In this document: positions 12,131 to 25,829 of the stretch, piece by piece | How the letters are laid out: every line of letters begins with the position of its first letter | Position numbering within the stretch: the stretch's first letter is position 1 | Origin: Mobula hypostoma | Taxonomy: Eukaryota | Reading direction: 5' to 3' | Length of the DNA stretch: 64,000 nucleotides | Assembly: GCF_963921235.1 (NCBI RefSeq) | Contig: NC_086109.1 | Span: forward strand, 31,746,001-31,810,000 | Made by a program: the position numbers and the translations under genes | The notes under the pieces: generated by a model | Database searches by the model: none | What the model saw: only the letters and a program-made list of their open reading frames with translations | What the model was told of the DNA's origin: nothing

Positions 12131-13911
12131 CGTAACCTACCAACAGGTATGTCTTTGGACTGTGGGAGGAAACCGAAGTATAACGTGGAAGCCCACGGGG
12201 AGTATATACAAGCTCCTTACAGGCAGCAATGGGAAATGAACCCAGGTTGCCTACATTGCAAAGCGTTGTGCTAATTGCTACACTACCGTGCCAACCAAAA
12301 TGAGAAAGGTCAGAGGAGAATGGCCAGACTGGTTCAAGCTGGCAGGAAGGTGACAGCTACTCAAATAACCATGTCTTACAACAGTGGTATGCAGCAGAAC
12401 ACAGCATGTTGAACCCTGAGGTGGATGGCCTGCAGTGGCAGAAGACTTAAGAAAAATAAAAACAGTGGCCACTTTATTAGGTACAGGAGGAACCTAATAA
12501 GGTGCCAACTGAGTGTATGGTCACAAAGACAAGAAGCAATTTTTTAAAAAGTATTTTGTTAATTCCGATGCCAACCGTTCTTTTAATTACAGGATGGAGA
12601 TAGTGAAAATCTCTGTTAATTTCTGTCATTCAAACAGCTGGGATGTTCTGCATCAGGTATTGACTATTTGTTAATAGCTTTGATACTTTGTCAATATTAC
12701 TTGAAATTCATTCGATTTCAAAACTATACAGCTCAACACTGATCAGGTTGCAGTCCATTTCCTTGAGGAAGTTTGTTCTGCAGGAATTTTGGTAAAATTG
12801 CTTTCGCGGCGAGCAACAACTGAGTACCAAAGCATATTGGATACATGGAAGCACATAGCATATCATTGATGTGTCACTGACACAGGCAATTTTTATTGTA
12901 TTATTAAAAAACAGAAAATGTCTTTAATTGCTAAATACAAGGAAATAAGAGCTACCTGAAACATTAAATAACCTTTGAAACTGGTTCCTATGATGCTCCT
13001 AAATGGGTGCTTTTGCTAGACATAGACAGCTGTCTGAAGCAACCATGGAAATTGGATATGCTACATAAATTTTGTTTAAATTAGTTGAAATTGCAGAGCA
13101 TTCAGTGCTTAATACTGATACTTCAAGCTTGAGAGGAAACCAGTTAGCCCAGATTGGAATAAAATTAGGCTGTCTATGACTCCGAAGGTCGAGGTTTTCA
13201 ATGTAGCTTAGATGGTACTGCAGGAAAACATTTCCTTAATGAGCAATGTGGAATCCTCAAAATAAATTATCTGGATGGTCAGAATGCATTTCTTATTGGA
13301 CATAATCAAAAATGTCCTGTCGTTTAGCACATTTGAGGTTCACACTCTCATCCAACCAAGTCAGAAGGATGCAGATATGGGAAATGGAAATGTCAAACTG
13401 TTGAAATAAGGTATGTCCTTCCAAGCCTTTGACTGAGTCAAATTGTTAAGTCAACACTGAGTGAAAATACTCTTCCTTTAACTATTAACTCTATGACATT
13501 AGAACATTCGAAGTTGCCACCAAGTGCAGGAAAGGATATGTTTTCCATTTCCACAGGACTGACTTCTGTCATCTAAATGGCACAGATTTGTTCCCTCATT
13601 GCTGGACATACTGATCAGATGGAAACATTAGATGAAATGGCTGAAGGTTGATAGATACAGAAAGTCATAAATAATATTTCATGAGTTGCACATTTGAACA
13701 TTATAAAGAATTTTTTTTGGTGCTGATTGATAGGACATAAATTTTGCATAAGTGGATTCTTTCCCATGAATCAAATGATGGAGAAAACAAATCTTTGCAT
13801 CCATGTTCATTTAGTAAATTTGTCAGAAAAGCCAATACTGCTGAAGAAGAAATTAAAATATTTTCCATGTTCTATTCTTTTGTATAATAATCAAACAATT
13901 TAACAATTACA

Positions 13912-14040
13912 GCTTGAAGGTTTTCAGTTGTAAATGTCGATTGTTTATTCATTTCCATGGATGATCTCCTGATCTGCTGAGTTCCTCTGACATTTTGTGT
14001 GTATTGTGCTAGATTTACAGTGAGTGTAAATCTTGTGTTC
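13912..14040 (+). mobile_element. Decayed PLE terminal repeat
   Basis: GATCTGCTGAGTTCCTC...TTTTGTGTGT matches the other PLE tails. The hammerhead core is lost. Confidence 0.55.
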
Positions 14041-14049
14041 ATGAATGAA

Positions 14050-14830
14050 TCCCATTTGGTTTTGCCTGATGGGAGAACATTTGTCCTTTAACTGCAGTAA
14101 CTGAACAGATTATGAAAGGATGGGTAGGATCAGGGAGAGCAAATCAAGGATCTTTAGTTGAAGGTTGTTGGGTCATTGACAAAAAGTTTGGGGGAGGGTT
14201 TGAGAAATGATCAATTTGTAGAGAAATTTTGCATAAATACAAACTTGATTTGTGAGGGTAGAGACAGAGCTGTTGAAGCTGAAAGGACTGAAGGTGACCA
14301 AATAAGGCTTGAGAACTCGAAAAAGCCTTAAGTCAAGAATATGCATTGACTGAGATCAGGCTACAGAGTGTATGGTAGGGAGTGCAGACGGGTAGGGTTG
14401 GGGGGTTGAAAATTGGCATGGAGTTAGTTGGAGGCAATGTCTTTTGGCTGGAGAACTTGGATAGAAGTGAGTTGAGGTATGGTGGGAATCAGTGCTGGAA
14501 AAGATCAAGTTGATTTCAAGCACAGCCATGGATGTTTATTGGAGAGAAGGAATAGATTAGGGAAGGTGGGAGGGATTTTCTGGAGGGAGGATTACACTGG
14601 CATGTAGAAGGGAATTAGAAGGAAGGACAGGGCTGAGGTAGGTGGGGGAGACTGGATAGGAAGAGAAAGAGGCTGGACTTAAATTGGAGAATGGATGAGG
14701 ATCAGAAATGGAGAGGTCAGAGTTGAGATGAATGGAATTGCAGAAAATTCCAGAATCAATCAGGGGTTAATTGATGGGTACAAAGCAGACACAGTGGTGG
14801 CAATGATATCAGAACAAAGTGGGTGGAGTG
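14050..14830 (-). mobile_element. Possible ancient L2-like LINE remnant
   Basis: Purine-rich + strand. The minus strand near 14430-14520 loosely resembles the RPISNLPFLSKVLE region of RT. Weak. Confidence 0.3.
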
Positions 14831-15689
14831 GAAACCACTTAGAGAAAGACAAATGTAGCTTAATAAAAACATGTTTTGGAGTGTGAGGTTACTATATGTA
14901 GAAGACCCAGGAATTATAGTGCAGAAGTGCAATATGTATTTGATTGTACATGGTGAACAGATTTTTGATAGAACTTCTCTGTGTAGTCCACAAAGTATGT
15001 TGTTGTAAGCAATGGAATTACCAGGCTGCTAAATCAGAGAATAATTCTGATTTACTTATAGTGAACATTACTAACTCAGAAAATAGTTTCAGTCTTAAAA
15101 AAACATTTAGATGTCTTGCAGTCAAGTGACATTTTGAATATTACTGTACATTTTAGATGTTTCTAGGTTAGATGCAAATGGAATGCAAGCCCTTGGATTG
15201 ATGTATGTTTAATATCATAAAGATGCCAACTATCCAATAATAATTTATCATATTCATAAATTATTGCTTAATCTCCCTCCATTTGCATTTGGCTCAGCAA
15301 ATAAATGACTACTAATCACTTTAGGTGTAGTTGATTATAATTTTCTAAAATATGTAATAATCAGCTGGCATTTGTATAACCTGTATATTTGAATTATAAA
15401 TACTTTGAGCTCCCCACCAGTCTCCAAAAACATCTGCTCCAATTCTGAAACCCCAGCCCCAGCCTAATTCTCCTAACTCAGGCTCCAACTTACTTTTCAC
15501 CAGTTGAAAGAAGTGAGCCCCATAAAATAAGACCATCAAAACCTCAAGACTCATTATTTAGTGACAATGGCCCTTCTATGCCTTATGTTCAAATACCTGC
15601 TCTTTAGCTACCTCCAACAAAATAAATATATGACAATATGATGTAACCTTATGTGATATAAATGGCTCTACTCTCTCTACACCCAAGAA

Positions 15690-17768
15690 GTGTGGTTAGG
15701 CACAGCTCAAATCCCATCTATAAATTTACCAACACACAACTACTACTGGGAGAATTTCAGAAGATGATGAGGAGGCATACAGGAGCGAGATAGATCAGCT
15801 GGCTGAGCAGTGATGCAACACCAACCTTGCACTCAATGTCAGTAAGACAAAGGAGTTGATTGTGGATTTCAGGAAGGGGAAGTCGAGGAAACACACACCA
15901 GTCCTCATCGAAGGATCAGAATTGGAAAGGGAGAGCACTTTCAAGTTGCTGGGTGCCAAAAATTTGAGGATGTATGATGGGCCCAAAATGTTTCTGCAAT
16001 TATAGAGAAGGCATGACATTAGCTATTCTTCATTAGGAGTTTAAGAATTGGTTTGTCACCAAAGACACTCATAAATTTCTATTGATGTATCATGGAGAAT
16101 ATTCTAGCTGGTTGCTTCACTGCCTGGTATTGAAAGGCCAGCTCTCCAGCATCCAAGGCATCTTCAATAGGTGATGCCTCAAAAAGGGCTTATCATGAAG
16201 ACTGTAAAACGTTTGGTCCTGGCTCACCTCTGACCCCTGGTCAGATCAGCCCTCGATCCCCTGCAGTTTGCCAACCAGGAGCACAATGGAGTTGACGATG
16301 CTGTCATCTACCTACTCCCATTTAGATAAGCAGGGCAGCACTGTGAGGACCATGTTTTTTGATTTCTCAAGTGCCTTAATACCATACAGCCTTCATTGCT
16401 GGAGGGAAATGTTTCATTCAACGCAGTTTGTCATTTCCATTGTATCCTGGATAATGGACTACCTGACAGGCTCAGTAGGTGAGGCTTCAGAGATGTGTGT
16501 CAGACATGAATATAAGCAATACCGGAGCCCCTCAGTGGACTGTTTTGGCTCCCTTCCTGTTTACCCTGTGTACCTAGGATTTCAGATACAACACTGAGTC
16601 ACGTCATCTGCAGAAATTCTCTGATGATTCAGCAATAGTTGGGTGTATAAATGGAGGACAGGAGGATGAATACAGGGCCCTGGTGGAGGACTTTGTCAAA
16701 TGGTGCAAACTGAATAATCTGCAACTCAATATTAGTAAGATAAAGGAGATGGTAATGGACTGTAGGAAGACTAAGCCTGCTGTTTGTTACTATTGCTCTT
16801 TGTTACTATTGATGGTGAGGACATGGATGCGGTGAGGACCTACAACTACCTAGGGGTGCACCTGAATGACAGACTGGAGAGGAGCACCAACACAGTACAA
16901 GAAGGGCCAAGGTCACCTCTACTTCCTGAGGAGACTGAAGTTCTTTGGAGTATGCAGGCCTCTCCTTCACATGTTCTACCAGTCTGTTGTCACCAGTACT
17001 GTCTTCTATGCAGTGGTGTGCTGGGACAACGGCATCAACACTGGTGATGCCAACAGGCTCAATAAACTGATTAGAAAGGATGAGTCTGTTCTAGGAGGCA
17101 AACTGGACATACCGGAGGCTGTGGTAGAACAAAGAACCCTACAGAAAATTCTGGTAATTTTGGACAATGTTTCTCACCCACTGCATGCCACAGAGGAGCA
17201 CTTCTAGTAACAGACTAAGGCAACTGTGAGGATCCAAAGAGTGATATATGAGGTCATTCTTACCCTTCTCCATTAGATTCTATAATGTGTAAACCTATAG
17301 CTGGGGAAGTGACTGTTCGTGGTAACTAATGTTTTATTCTTTCTACTTCTCTTCTAATATTTACACTATATCTGTGTTCTTGCAATGCTACTGAGACATT
17401 GTAATTTCCTTTGGGATCAATAAAATATCTATCTATCTACAAACATGGTATCTATCTATCTATTGATCATCCATCATTAAGGACCCCCATCATCTAGGGC
17501 AAGTGACCTTCTGATTGCTACCATCAAGAAGGAGCCCGAAACCACACGCTCAATGTTTCAAGAAGTGGTTCTTCCCTTCCACCATCAGACTTCTGAATGG
17601 ATAATGAACCCATGAACACTACCTCAGTATTTTTTCTCTCTTTTTCCATAACTTATATACATTTCTTATTGTAATTTTAAAGTATTATTACTATATATTG
17701 TAATGTACTGCTGCCGCAAAACAACAAATTTCGTGATATATGGCAGTGATATTAAACCTGATTCTGAT
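15690..17768 (+). mobile_element. Old Rex/Babar-like LINE (ATTAAACCTGATTCTGA tail) containing a younger Rex copy
   Basis: LNVSKTKELIVDFRK-like coding at 15830-15880. The 3' part resumes at about 17465 and ends with the GATTCT tail. Confidence 0.7.
16190..17465 (+). mobile_element. Rex1/Babar-type LINE, RT and C-terminus
   Basis: MFFDFSSA, KFSDDSAIVG and LYFLRRLKFFGV...AVVCW peptides; AATAAA and a (TATC)n tail. Confidence 0.85.
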
Positions 17769-18424
17769 ACACTTTCCTGATCATATTCAATCATTGAGAG
17801 CTCACGCTACACTTAATTCTACTCAGTGTAGATATGCTTTACTTACATTGTTGTGCTCATAGAAGTGTTAGTGCTTTAGTGACAGTTTTCTGGGAGAGAT
17901 AATATACTTTTATATTGTGGCTATTGATCTGCCCGAACATGATGCACAGTTTGTGCAGCCTAATCCATGGTATATTGGGTTTGAATAGGCAGCTGCGCTC
18001 AAACTATTATGTGTTATCACTTTCCTTCTGTATGATATTTGTGCAGATTGATTTTTTCAGGCTATTATGCATAAAAAATTGTTTAGTCGTGCTGCAAGGT
18101 AGATTTTATCTTTCTACTTGCAGCTCAGTTTTAAATTGTTACTGAAAGTACAATTAAAATTGAAAGTGGGTGATATTAAGTTAAATACAAGGTCAATATA
18201 ACCATGAAATTAGCATAACATGGTACAAAGTCACTTGTACTGTACACTCCCCTAATCTTATAAAGAAACTAATATTGTTTAAACACTAATTAAATCATTT
18301 CTTTTTTTACAAAAATGAATTTAAATTAATATACATTCAAAATAACTCCATATTTATTTTAAATATTCTAATTTAAAATAATAATGCAAGTCAGGTCCTG
18401 CATTCTACTCAGTATTGCAAAATT

Positions 18425-18740
18425 AGAAGAAGAAGAAGAAGATTAGCTTTATTTATCATGTATACCAAAGCATACAGTGAAAGGCATCATTTGCATCAAT
18501 CAAATCAGCAAGACAACCTGCAAGTGTTGGCAAACTTCTGATGCCAACATAGCATGCCCACAACTCAGTAACCATAGCCTGTAAGTCTTTTGAAAGTGGG
18601 AGGAAACTGGAGCACCTGGAGGAAACTCACACAGTGACAAGAAGAAAACGTGAACTCCTCACAGACAGTGGCAGAAATCGAACCCCAATCTTACAGCTGG
18701 TGCCGTAAAGCGAAACACCAGCTGCTATACTACCATGCTG
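18425..18740 (-). mobile_element. V-SINE-like element with a (GAA)n tail
   Basis: GTGGGAGGAAACTGGAGCACCTGGAGGAAAC core and a tRNA-like head near 18680-18740. Confidence 0.7.
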
Positions 18741-19315
18741 AAGTGTATCAATTAAGCTGAAGATCAACAATCGCACATATATAACATTATATCTACATGG
18801 AAAAATGTTTTTATTGGACAATAGGTTCATAAGTGCCACCTTGATTTCCTTGTTTTTATAGATTATTGGGCTGGTTTACAAAGGATTGAAAATTTGATCC
18901 AATATACTGTAGTTGCTTAAATTTTTTGTCTGAGAGGTTATCTTAAGAGAACAAAATACATTACACGTCTTGAACTTTTATAATATTGGCTCAAGTGAAA
19001 GTGGTAACAATTGCTTCTAATATTTTATACGATAAATCCACTCACACAATGACAAACATAATGTGTAATCTTGAACAAGTTGACATTGCAAATACTGGTC
19101 CTGGCCCACAATAATTGAATCGAGCACATTTCCATTATTATATGTCATTATTGGATGGAACAGTATTGCTTATGTTGGAAAGTAACCAAGAGAATGGATG
19201 CAGAATTTGAGAACTAAATGAACTGAGTTGTAAGAGATCTCCCATGGCTATAATGAAGTGAGTTAATCTCATTTAAAACATTCAGAAAAACTCACAATAG
19301 AAAATAAGCACCTAT

Positions 19316-19842
19316 ATTAGATTAAATTATGAGGACACGCAGCCCTCTTTTATTGTCATTTAGTAATGCATGCATAAAGAAATGATTCAGTATTCCTCTG
19401 GTGTGGTATCACAGAAACACAGGACAGCCCAAGACTGAAAAACTAACAAAAACCATATAATTATAACATATAGTTACAACAGTCCAACAATACCATAACT
19501 TGATGAAGAACAGGCCATGGCACAGTAAAAAGTTCAGTCTCTCGAAAGTCCCACATCTCACACAGACGGGAGAAGAAAGAAAACTCTCCCTGCCATGCCC
19601 GACCACAGTCCGACTCTGAGTCGTCCGAAAACTTCGAGCTCCAATCAGCCCTCCGACACCGAGTACCGAACACCATCTCTGCCGAACACTTCGACCTCAG
19701 CCTCGGTCGCCAGCAGCAGGCAAAGCCGGGGATTTTGGGGCCTTCCCTCCGGAGATTCTCGATCGTACAGTAGCAGCGGCAGCGAACCGGGCATTTCAGA
19801 AATTTCTCCAAATGTTCCTCTGCTTCTCACATCTGTCTCCAT
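19316..19842 (-). mobile_element. Non-LTR 3'/non-autonomous element, CpG-rich and probably young
   Basis: TTTATT and an AGATT-type tail at the left end; an abrupt GC/CpG-rich block within AT-rich flanks. Confidence 0.55.
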
Positions 19843-21250
19843 CATTTCCTTACATTTCCAGTATGATACACAAAACAGAAAGATTCTAAAACTTGGGCCT
19901 AGATTTCATAAACTGTTATTGTGCATCAGAATTTGGATCCAATGAGAACAGACTTATCTATATAAATGATCAAGGTTAATTCTGAGACTCACCAAGACAT
20001 CCATAGTTATTAAAATAGTAAAGCTATTTTAACAAATCTGCAGCATTAGTGGAGACAGAAACAATGAAAACGTTAGGTGAATGTCCCTTCTATTCCTCAT
20101 TGCAAAGGCATAGAATGGACATTTTACAGCATCAGCAACACATTAAACAGACAAAGAAACTTAATTGTCTTTTCAATGGCTACAGTATTTCACCCTATAC
20201 AGACAGTCCTTTTGTTTAGTCTTCTTCTGTGTTACACTCACTGTGATCTGTAGCCTGAAAATCCTCTGGAAGCAATGTACTTTTGAACCATCATAATGAA
20301 CTAGTGATTTCACAATCTTCTGAAGGAGTCAGCAGACTAAACTTTCTAGAATGCAGGCACAGCACCTGTAAGTGGATGATGGTACATCGCCATGGCCTGA
20401 AGAGGGGAGGATTGCAAACCGGGCTGAAATGCAGAGGAATAAAACTCCCTCCACCCTGCATCATTTGAGCAAATGTACAGTTGCTGGAGAACAAGATTGA
20501 GGGCCTAAGGGCAAGATTGCTGTATCAGAGGGAAATGAGGAATTGATATGTTCTGTGTTTCACAGAGACATGGCTCAGTCCAGACACACTGGATACATTG
20601 GTAAGACCTGGGGGCTGCTTGGTACACAGGATGAACTGGACTGCTGATTCGGAGAAAGCGAAGGGTATCTGACCACCTGTGTTTTATAATAAACTCTTTG
20701 TGGTTCTCAGGCACAGTGGTCTTGTTTCACATTTTTTCACCCAACTGGGATATCTGATGATTGTGCTGACCATCTTCTGTGATCCTGGCTGCAGCTTACA
20801 AACCAAAAGTGCATATTAAAAAAGCACTCGATGTATTGATTAGCAAACAAGAAACAGCCTACCCTGATGCCTTTCAAATAAATATCAGGATCTTTAGTCA
20901 GGGTTGTTTGAAGAAATCACTGCCCAATTATCATCAGCATATCACCTGCAGCCTAAGGGTCACAACACACTCGACCTCTGCTAAATTATGATTTGGAATG
21001 CCTACCCTTCCATACCCAGCCTGCATTTTTGGGAAACCTGTTCAGTTAGCTGTTGGCCTCCTACTTCCATATAGACAGAGGCTAAAGAGCAAGGCTCCAG
21101 AGATAAAACAATGAAGAGGCATTCGTGGGAAGCTAAGGAGCACCTATAGGATTGCTTCAAGTCATTAGACTGGGACGTGTTCAAGGAATCATCAGAGAAT
21201 CTAAACAAATAAACCACTGTTGTCACAGACTTTATAAAAGGTGTTGTAGA

Positions 21251-21442
21251 AACATAGAAACATAGAAAATAGGTGCAGGAGTAGGCCATTCGGCCCTTCG
21301 AGCCTGCACCGCCATTTATTATGATCATGGTTGATCATCCAACTCAGAACCCCGCCCCAGCCTTCCCTCCATACCCCCTGACCCCCGTAGCCACAAAGGC
21401 CATATCTAACTCCCTCTTAAATATAGCCAATCAACTGAGGAA
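21251..21442 (-). mobile_element. CR1 3' end
   Basis: (AACATAGA)n tail; TSD TTGTAGA (21244-21250 and 21443-21449). Confidence 0.8.
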
Positions 21443-22090
21443 TTGTAGAGGAATGTGTCCCCACAAAATCATTTGGAATCTTCCCTAACCAGAAGCCCTG
21501 GATGAACCATGAAATCCACAATCAGCTGAGGGCTAGATCAGTGGCATTCAGGTCAGGCAACCAAGTTAAATACAAGAGACCTCAAGTACGATCTTCAGAA
21601 AGCCATCTCACATGCGAAGTGGCCATTCCTGATCAAACTTGAATCACTGCTGTGGCCAGGGATTGAATGCCATCACTGCCTACAAAATGAAAGCAAGTGA
21701 CATAGGTGAAAACAAGGCTTCGCTCTCAGATGAGCTCAATGCCCTTTATGCTCGTTTTGACCAGTAAAACATGGACTAACTCCCTTAGCCTCCGATGGCA
21801 CTGAGGTTTCGGTCTGTGAGGCCAATGTGAGAGTCCCTTCAGGAGGGTGACCACATAGGAGGCATCTAGCCCAGACAGGACATCTGGCCAAGTACTAAAG
21901 ACCTGTGCTGATCAATTGGTTGGAATGTTCACTAATATCTTTAAACTCTTGCTATGGCAGCCTGAGGTAAATATATTCTTCATTTATACCAGTGCCTCAG
22001 AAGAATGTGGTAAACTGCATGAATGACTATTGTCAAGTAGCACTTATGTCCGTGTGAAGATGTTCCATGAGAGGTTGGTGATGAAACAAT

Positions 22091-24483
22091 AGACAATAGA
22101 CAATAGGTGCAGGAGTAGGCCATTCAGCCCTTCGACCCAGCACCATCATTCACTGTGATCATGGCTGATCATCCTCAATCAGTACCCTTTTCCTGCCTTC
22201 TCCCCATATCCCTTCACTCTGCTATCTTTAAGAGCTCTATCTAACTCTTTTTTGAAAGAATCCGGAGAATTGGCCTCCACTGACTTCTGAGGCAGAGCAT
22301 TCCACAGAACCACAACCCTCTGTGTGAAAAAGTTTTTCCTCAACTCTGTTCTAAATTGTCTACCCTTTATTCTTAAACTGTGGCCTCTGGTTCTGGACTC
22401 CCCCAACATCGGGAACATGTTTCCTGCCTCTAGCGTGTCCAATCCCTTAATAATCTTATATGTTTCGATCAGATCCCCCCTCATCCTTCTAAATTCCAGT
22501 GTATACAACCCCAGTTGCTCTAATCTTTCAACATATGACAGTCCCTCCATCCCGGGAATTAACCTCGTGAACCTACGCTGCACTCCCTCAACAGCTAGAA
22601 TGTCCTTCCTCAAATTTGGAGACCAAAACTGTACACAATATTCCAGGTGTGGTCTCTCCAGGGCCCTGTACAACTGCAGAAGGACCTCCTTGCTCCTATA
22701 CTCAATTCCCCTTGTTATGAAGGCCAGCATGCCATTAGCTTTCTTCACTACCTGCTGTACCTGCATGCTTACTTTCAGTGACTGATGAACAAGGACACCT
22801 AGATCTCGTTGTACTTCCCCTTTTCCTAACTTGACACCATTCAGATAGTAATCTGCCTTCCTGTTCTTGCCACCAAAGTAGATAACCTCACATTTATCCA
22901 CATTAAACTGCATCTGCCCACTCACCCAACCTGTCCAAGTCACCCTGCATTCTCATAACATTCTCCTCACATTTCACACTGCCACCTAGCTTTGTGTCAT
23001 CTGCAAAATTGCTAATGTTACTTTTAATCCCTTCATCTAAATCATTAATGTATATTGTAAATAGCTGCTGTCCCAGCACCAAGCCTTGCGGTACCCCACT
23101 AGTCATTGCCTGCCATTCTGGAAAGGACCCATTAATCCCTACTCTTCGTTTCCTGTCTGCCAACCGATTTTCTATCCACGTCAGCACACTACCCCTAATA
23201 CCATTTGCTCTAATTTTGCACACTAACCTCCTATGTGGGACCTTATCAAAGGCTTCCTGAAAGTCCAGGTACACTACTTCCACTGGCATTCCCATGTCCA
23301 TTTTCACAGTTACATCCTCAAAAAATTCCAGAAGATTAGTCAAGCATGATTTCCCCTTCGTAAATCCATGCTGACTCGGACCTATCCTGCCACTACTATC
23401 CAAATATGTCGCTATTACATTTTTTATAATTGATTCCAGCATCTTCCCCACCACTGATGTCAAACTAACTGGTCTATAATTGCCTGTTTTCTCTCTCCCT
23501 CTTTTCTTAAAAACTGGGATAGCATTAGCTACCCTCCAATCTGCAGAAACTGATCCTGAATCTATAGAACATTGGAAAATGATTACCAATGCGTCCACGA
23601 TTTCTAGAGCCACCTCCTTAAGTACCCTGGGATGCAGACCATCAGGCCCTGGGGAATTATCAGCCTTCAGTCCCATCAGTTTACCCAACACTATTTTGTG
23701 CCTGATGTGAATTTCCTTCATTTCCTCTGTTACCATTGGTCCTCTGGCCACTATTACATCTGGGGGATTGTTTGAGTCTTCCCTAATGAAGACAGATCCA
23801 AAGTACCTGTTCAGCTCGTCTGCTATTTCCTTGTTCCCCATAATAATTTCACCCGTTTCTGTCTTCAAGGGCCCAACTTTTGTCTTAACTAATTTTTTCC
23901 TCTTCACATACCTAAAGAAGCTTTTACTATCCTCCTTTATATCTTTGGCTAGCTTACCTTGGTACCTCATCTTCCCCCGCCCCCCATTGCCTTTTTAGTT
24001 ATCTTCTGTTGCTCCTTAAAAGTCTCCCAATCCTCTGGCTTCTCAGTAATCCCTGCTATGTTATACTTCCTCTCTTTTATTTTTATAATGTCCTTGACTT
24101 CCCTTGTCATCCACGGTCACCCCTTACTCCCCTTAGAACCTTTCTTCCTCTTTGGAATGAACTGATCCTGCACCTTCTGTATTATTCCCAGAAATACCTG
24201 CCATTGTTGTTCCACTGTCATCCCTGCTAGGGTATCTTTCCAGTCAACTTTTTCCAACTCCTCCCTCATGTGTCCATAGTCCCCTTTGTTCAACTGTAAT
24301 ACTGACACTTCCGATCTTCCCTTCTCCTTCTCAAATTGTAGATTAAAACTTATCATATTATGGTCACTACCTCATACCTTTACCTTGAGTTCCCTTATCA
24401 AATCTGGCTCATTACACAACACTAAATTCAGAATTGCCTTTTCCCTGGTAGGCCCTAATACAAGCTGCTCTAAGAATCATAAC
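22091..24483 (-). mobile_element. CR1 LINE, 5'-truncated, with a well-preserved RT
   Basis: ORFs 22903-23970 and 22179-22943 carry NYRPVSLTS, YLDFQEAFDKVPH, GVPQG, FADDTK and RPHLEYCVQFWSP. (GACAATA)n tail; TSD AAACAAT (22084-22090 and 24484-24490). Confidence 0.95.
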
Positions 24484-25829
24484 AAACAATTTTTGCCTGA
24501 GAAGTGACTTCGATCCACTTCAATTTGCCTACTGTCACAATAGGTCAACAGCAGATGACATTTCATTGACTTTAAACCCAATCTTGGAACATCTGGCCAA
24601 TGAGGATGCATCTTCAAAACTAATCAATAACCTTCATGTCCTGGGCCTCAGTAGCTTCTTGTGCAGTTAGATCCTCGATTTCGTCACTTGCAGACCCCAA
24701 TCAGTTCGGAATGGCAACAGCACCTCCTCTACAATCTCCATCAGCACAGGTGTACCACAAGGCTCTACTTAGCCCCCTGTTCTACTCGCTTCATACTTAT
24801 GACTGTAAGGCTAAACACAGCTCCAATGCCGATGATACCACTGTTGTTGGTCGAATAAATGGTGATGATGAATCAGCATATTGGAAGGAAACTGAAAATC
24901 CGACTGAGTGTTGCCACAACAACAACCTCTCGCTCAATGTCGGCAAAACCAAAGAGCTGATTATATACTTCAGGAGGAGGAAACCAGAGGTCCATGAGCC
25001 AGTCATCATTGAGAGTTTAGAGGTGGAGAGGGTCAGCAACTTTAAATTCCTCAGTGTTATCATTTCAGAGGATCTAGTTTGGGTCCAGCACGTTAAATGC
25101 CATTATGAAGAAAGCACCACCAGGCCTTTACTTTCTTAGAAATTAGCGAAGACTCAGCATGCTATTCAAAATATTGGCAATGTGGTATGTGGTGGAGAGT
25201 ATATTGACTGATTGCATCACAGCCTCATATGGAAACAACAATGCCCTTGAACAGAAAAGCCTACAAATGTAATGGATATGGCACAGTCTATCACAGGTAA
25301 AACCCTCCCCACCATTGAGTATATCTACATGAAATGCTGTCACAGAACAGTAGCATCCATCATCAGGGACCTCCACCACCCAGGACATGCTCTGTCCTCA
25401 CTGCTGCCAGCAAGAAGAAGGTATAGGAGCCTCAGAATCCACATGACCAGGTTCAGGAAATGTTATTACCCCTCAGCCATCAGTCTTTTGAACCAAAGGG
25501 AATAACTTCACTCGCTCCTTAACTGAGCTGTTCCTACAGGCTGTGGTCTTTCATTTATTCCATTGTGTTTGGTGTATTTACTGTGATTGCTTGCAGGAAA
25601 AGGAATCTCAGGGTTATATGTGGTAACATATATGTACTTTGATAATAAGTTTAATTTGAACTTTGCCTTCCCTCACCATCAGTGATATTTAGGCTAACTT
25701 GCTTTTGCTCTTCGTCAGTTCTGATGACACGTTACCAGGGTTCTCTTTCCACAGACGCTGTTTTCTTCCTGCATTTCAGTTAAATGTGTACAGACAGCAG
25801 AGATAAAATACCTCAGCATTTATTATGTC

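Larger units (their letters stand above)
11520..12292 (-). mobile_element. tRNA-derived V-SINE-like element, split by a PLE insertion
   Basis: CTTTGGACTGTGGGAGGAAACCG core and a tRNA-like head (GGCACGGTAGTGTAGCAATTAGC on the minus strand). Confidence 0.7.
11202..12517. mobile_element. Tc1/mariner-derived non-autonomous element containing a nested SINE and PLE
   Basis: Degenerate TIRs TACACCCAGTGACCAGTTCATTAG and CCTAATAAGGTGCCAACTGAGTGTA with TA ends. A related copy lies at 30622-31010. Confidence 0.7.
20330..25665 (+). mobile_element. Near-full-length degenerate Rex/Babar-like LINE (endonuclease and RT), interrupted by two CR1 copies
   Basis: ANVQLLENKIE...LCFTETWL endonuclease coding at about 20465-20580, FPNQKPWMN at 21481, ADDTTVVG...LNVGKTKELII in ORF 24636-25139, and a TTGAAC-type tail. 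Confidence 0.85.

Noticed and set aside
19595..19800. CpG island or promoter
   Set aside because: Lies inside a tailed retroposon-like repeat; the CpG content probably reflects young age.
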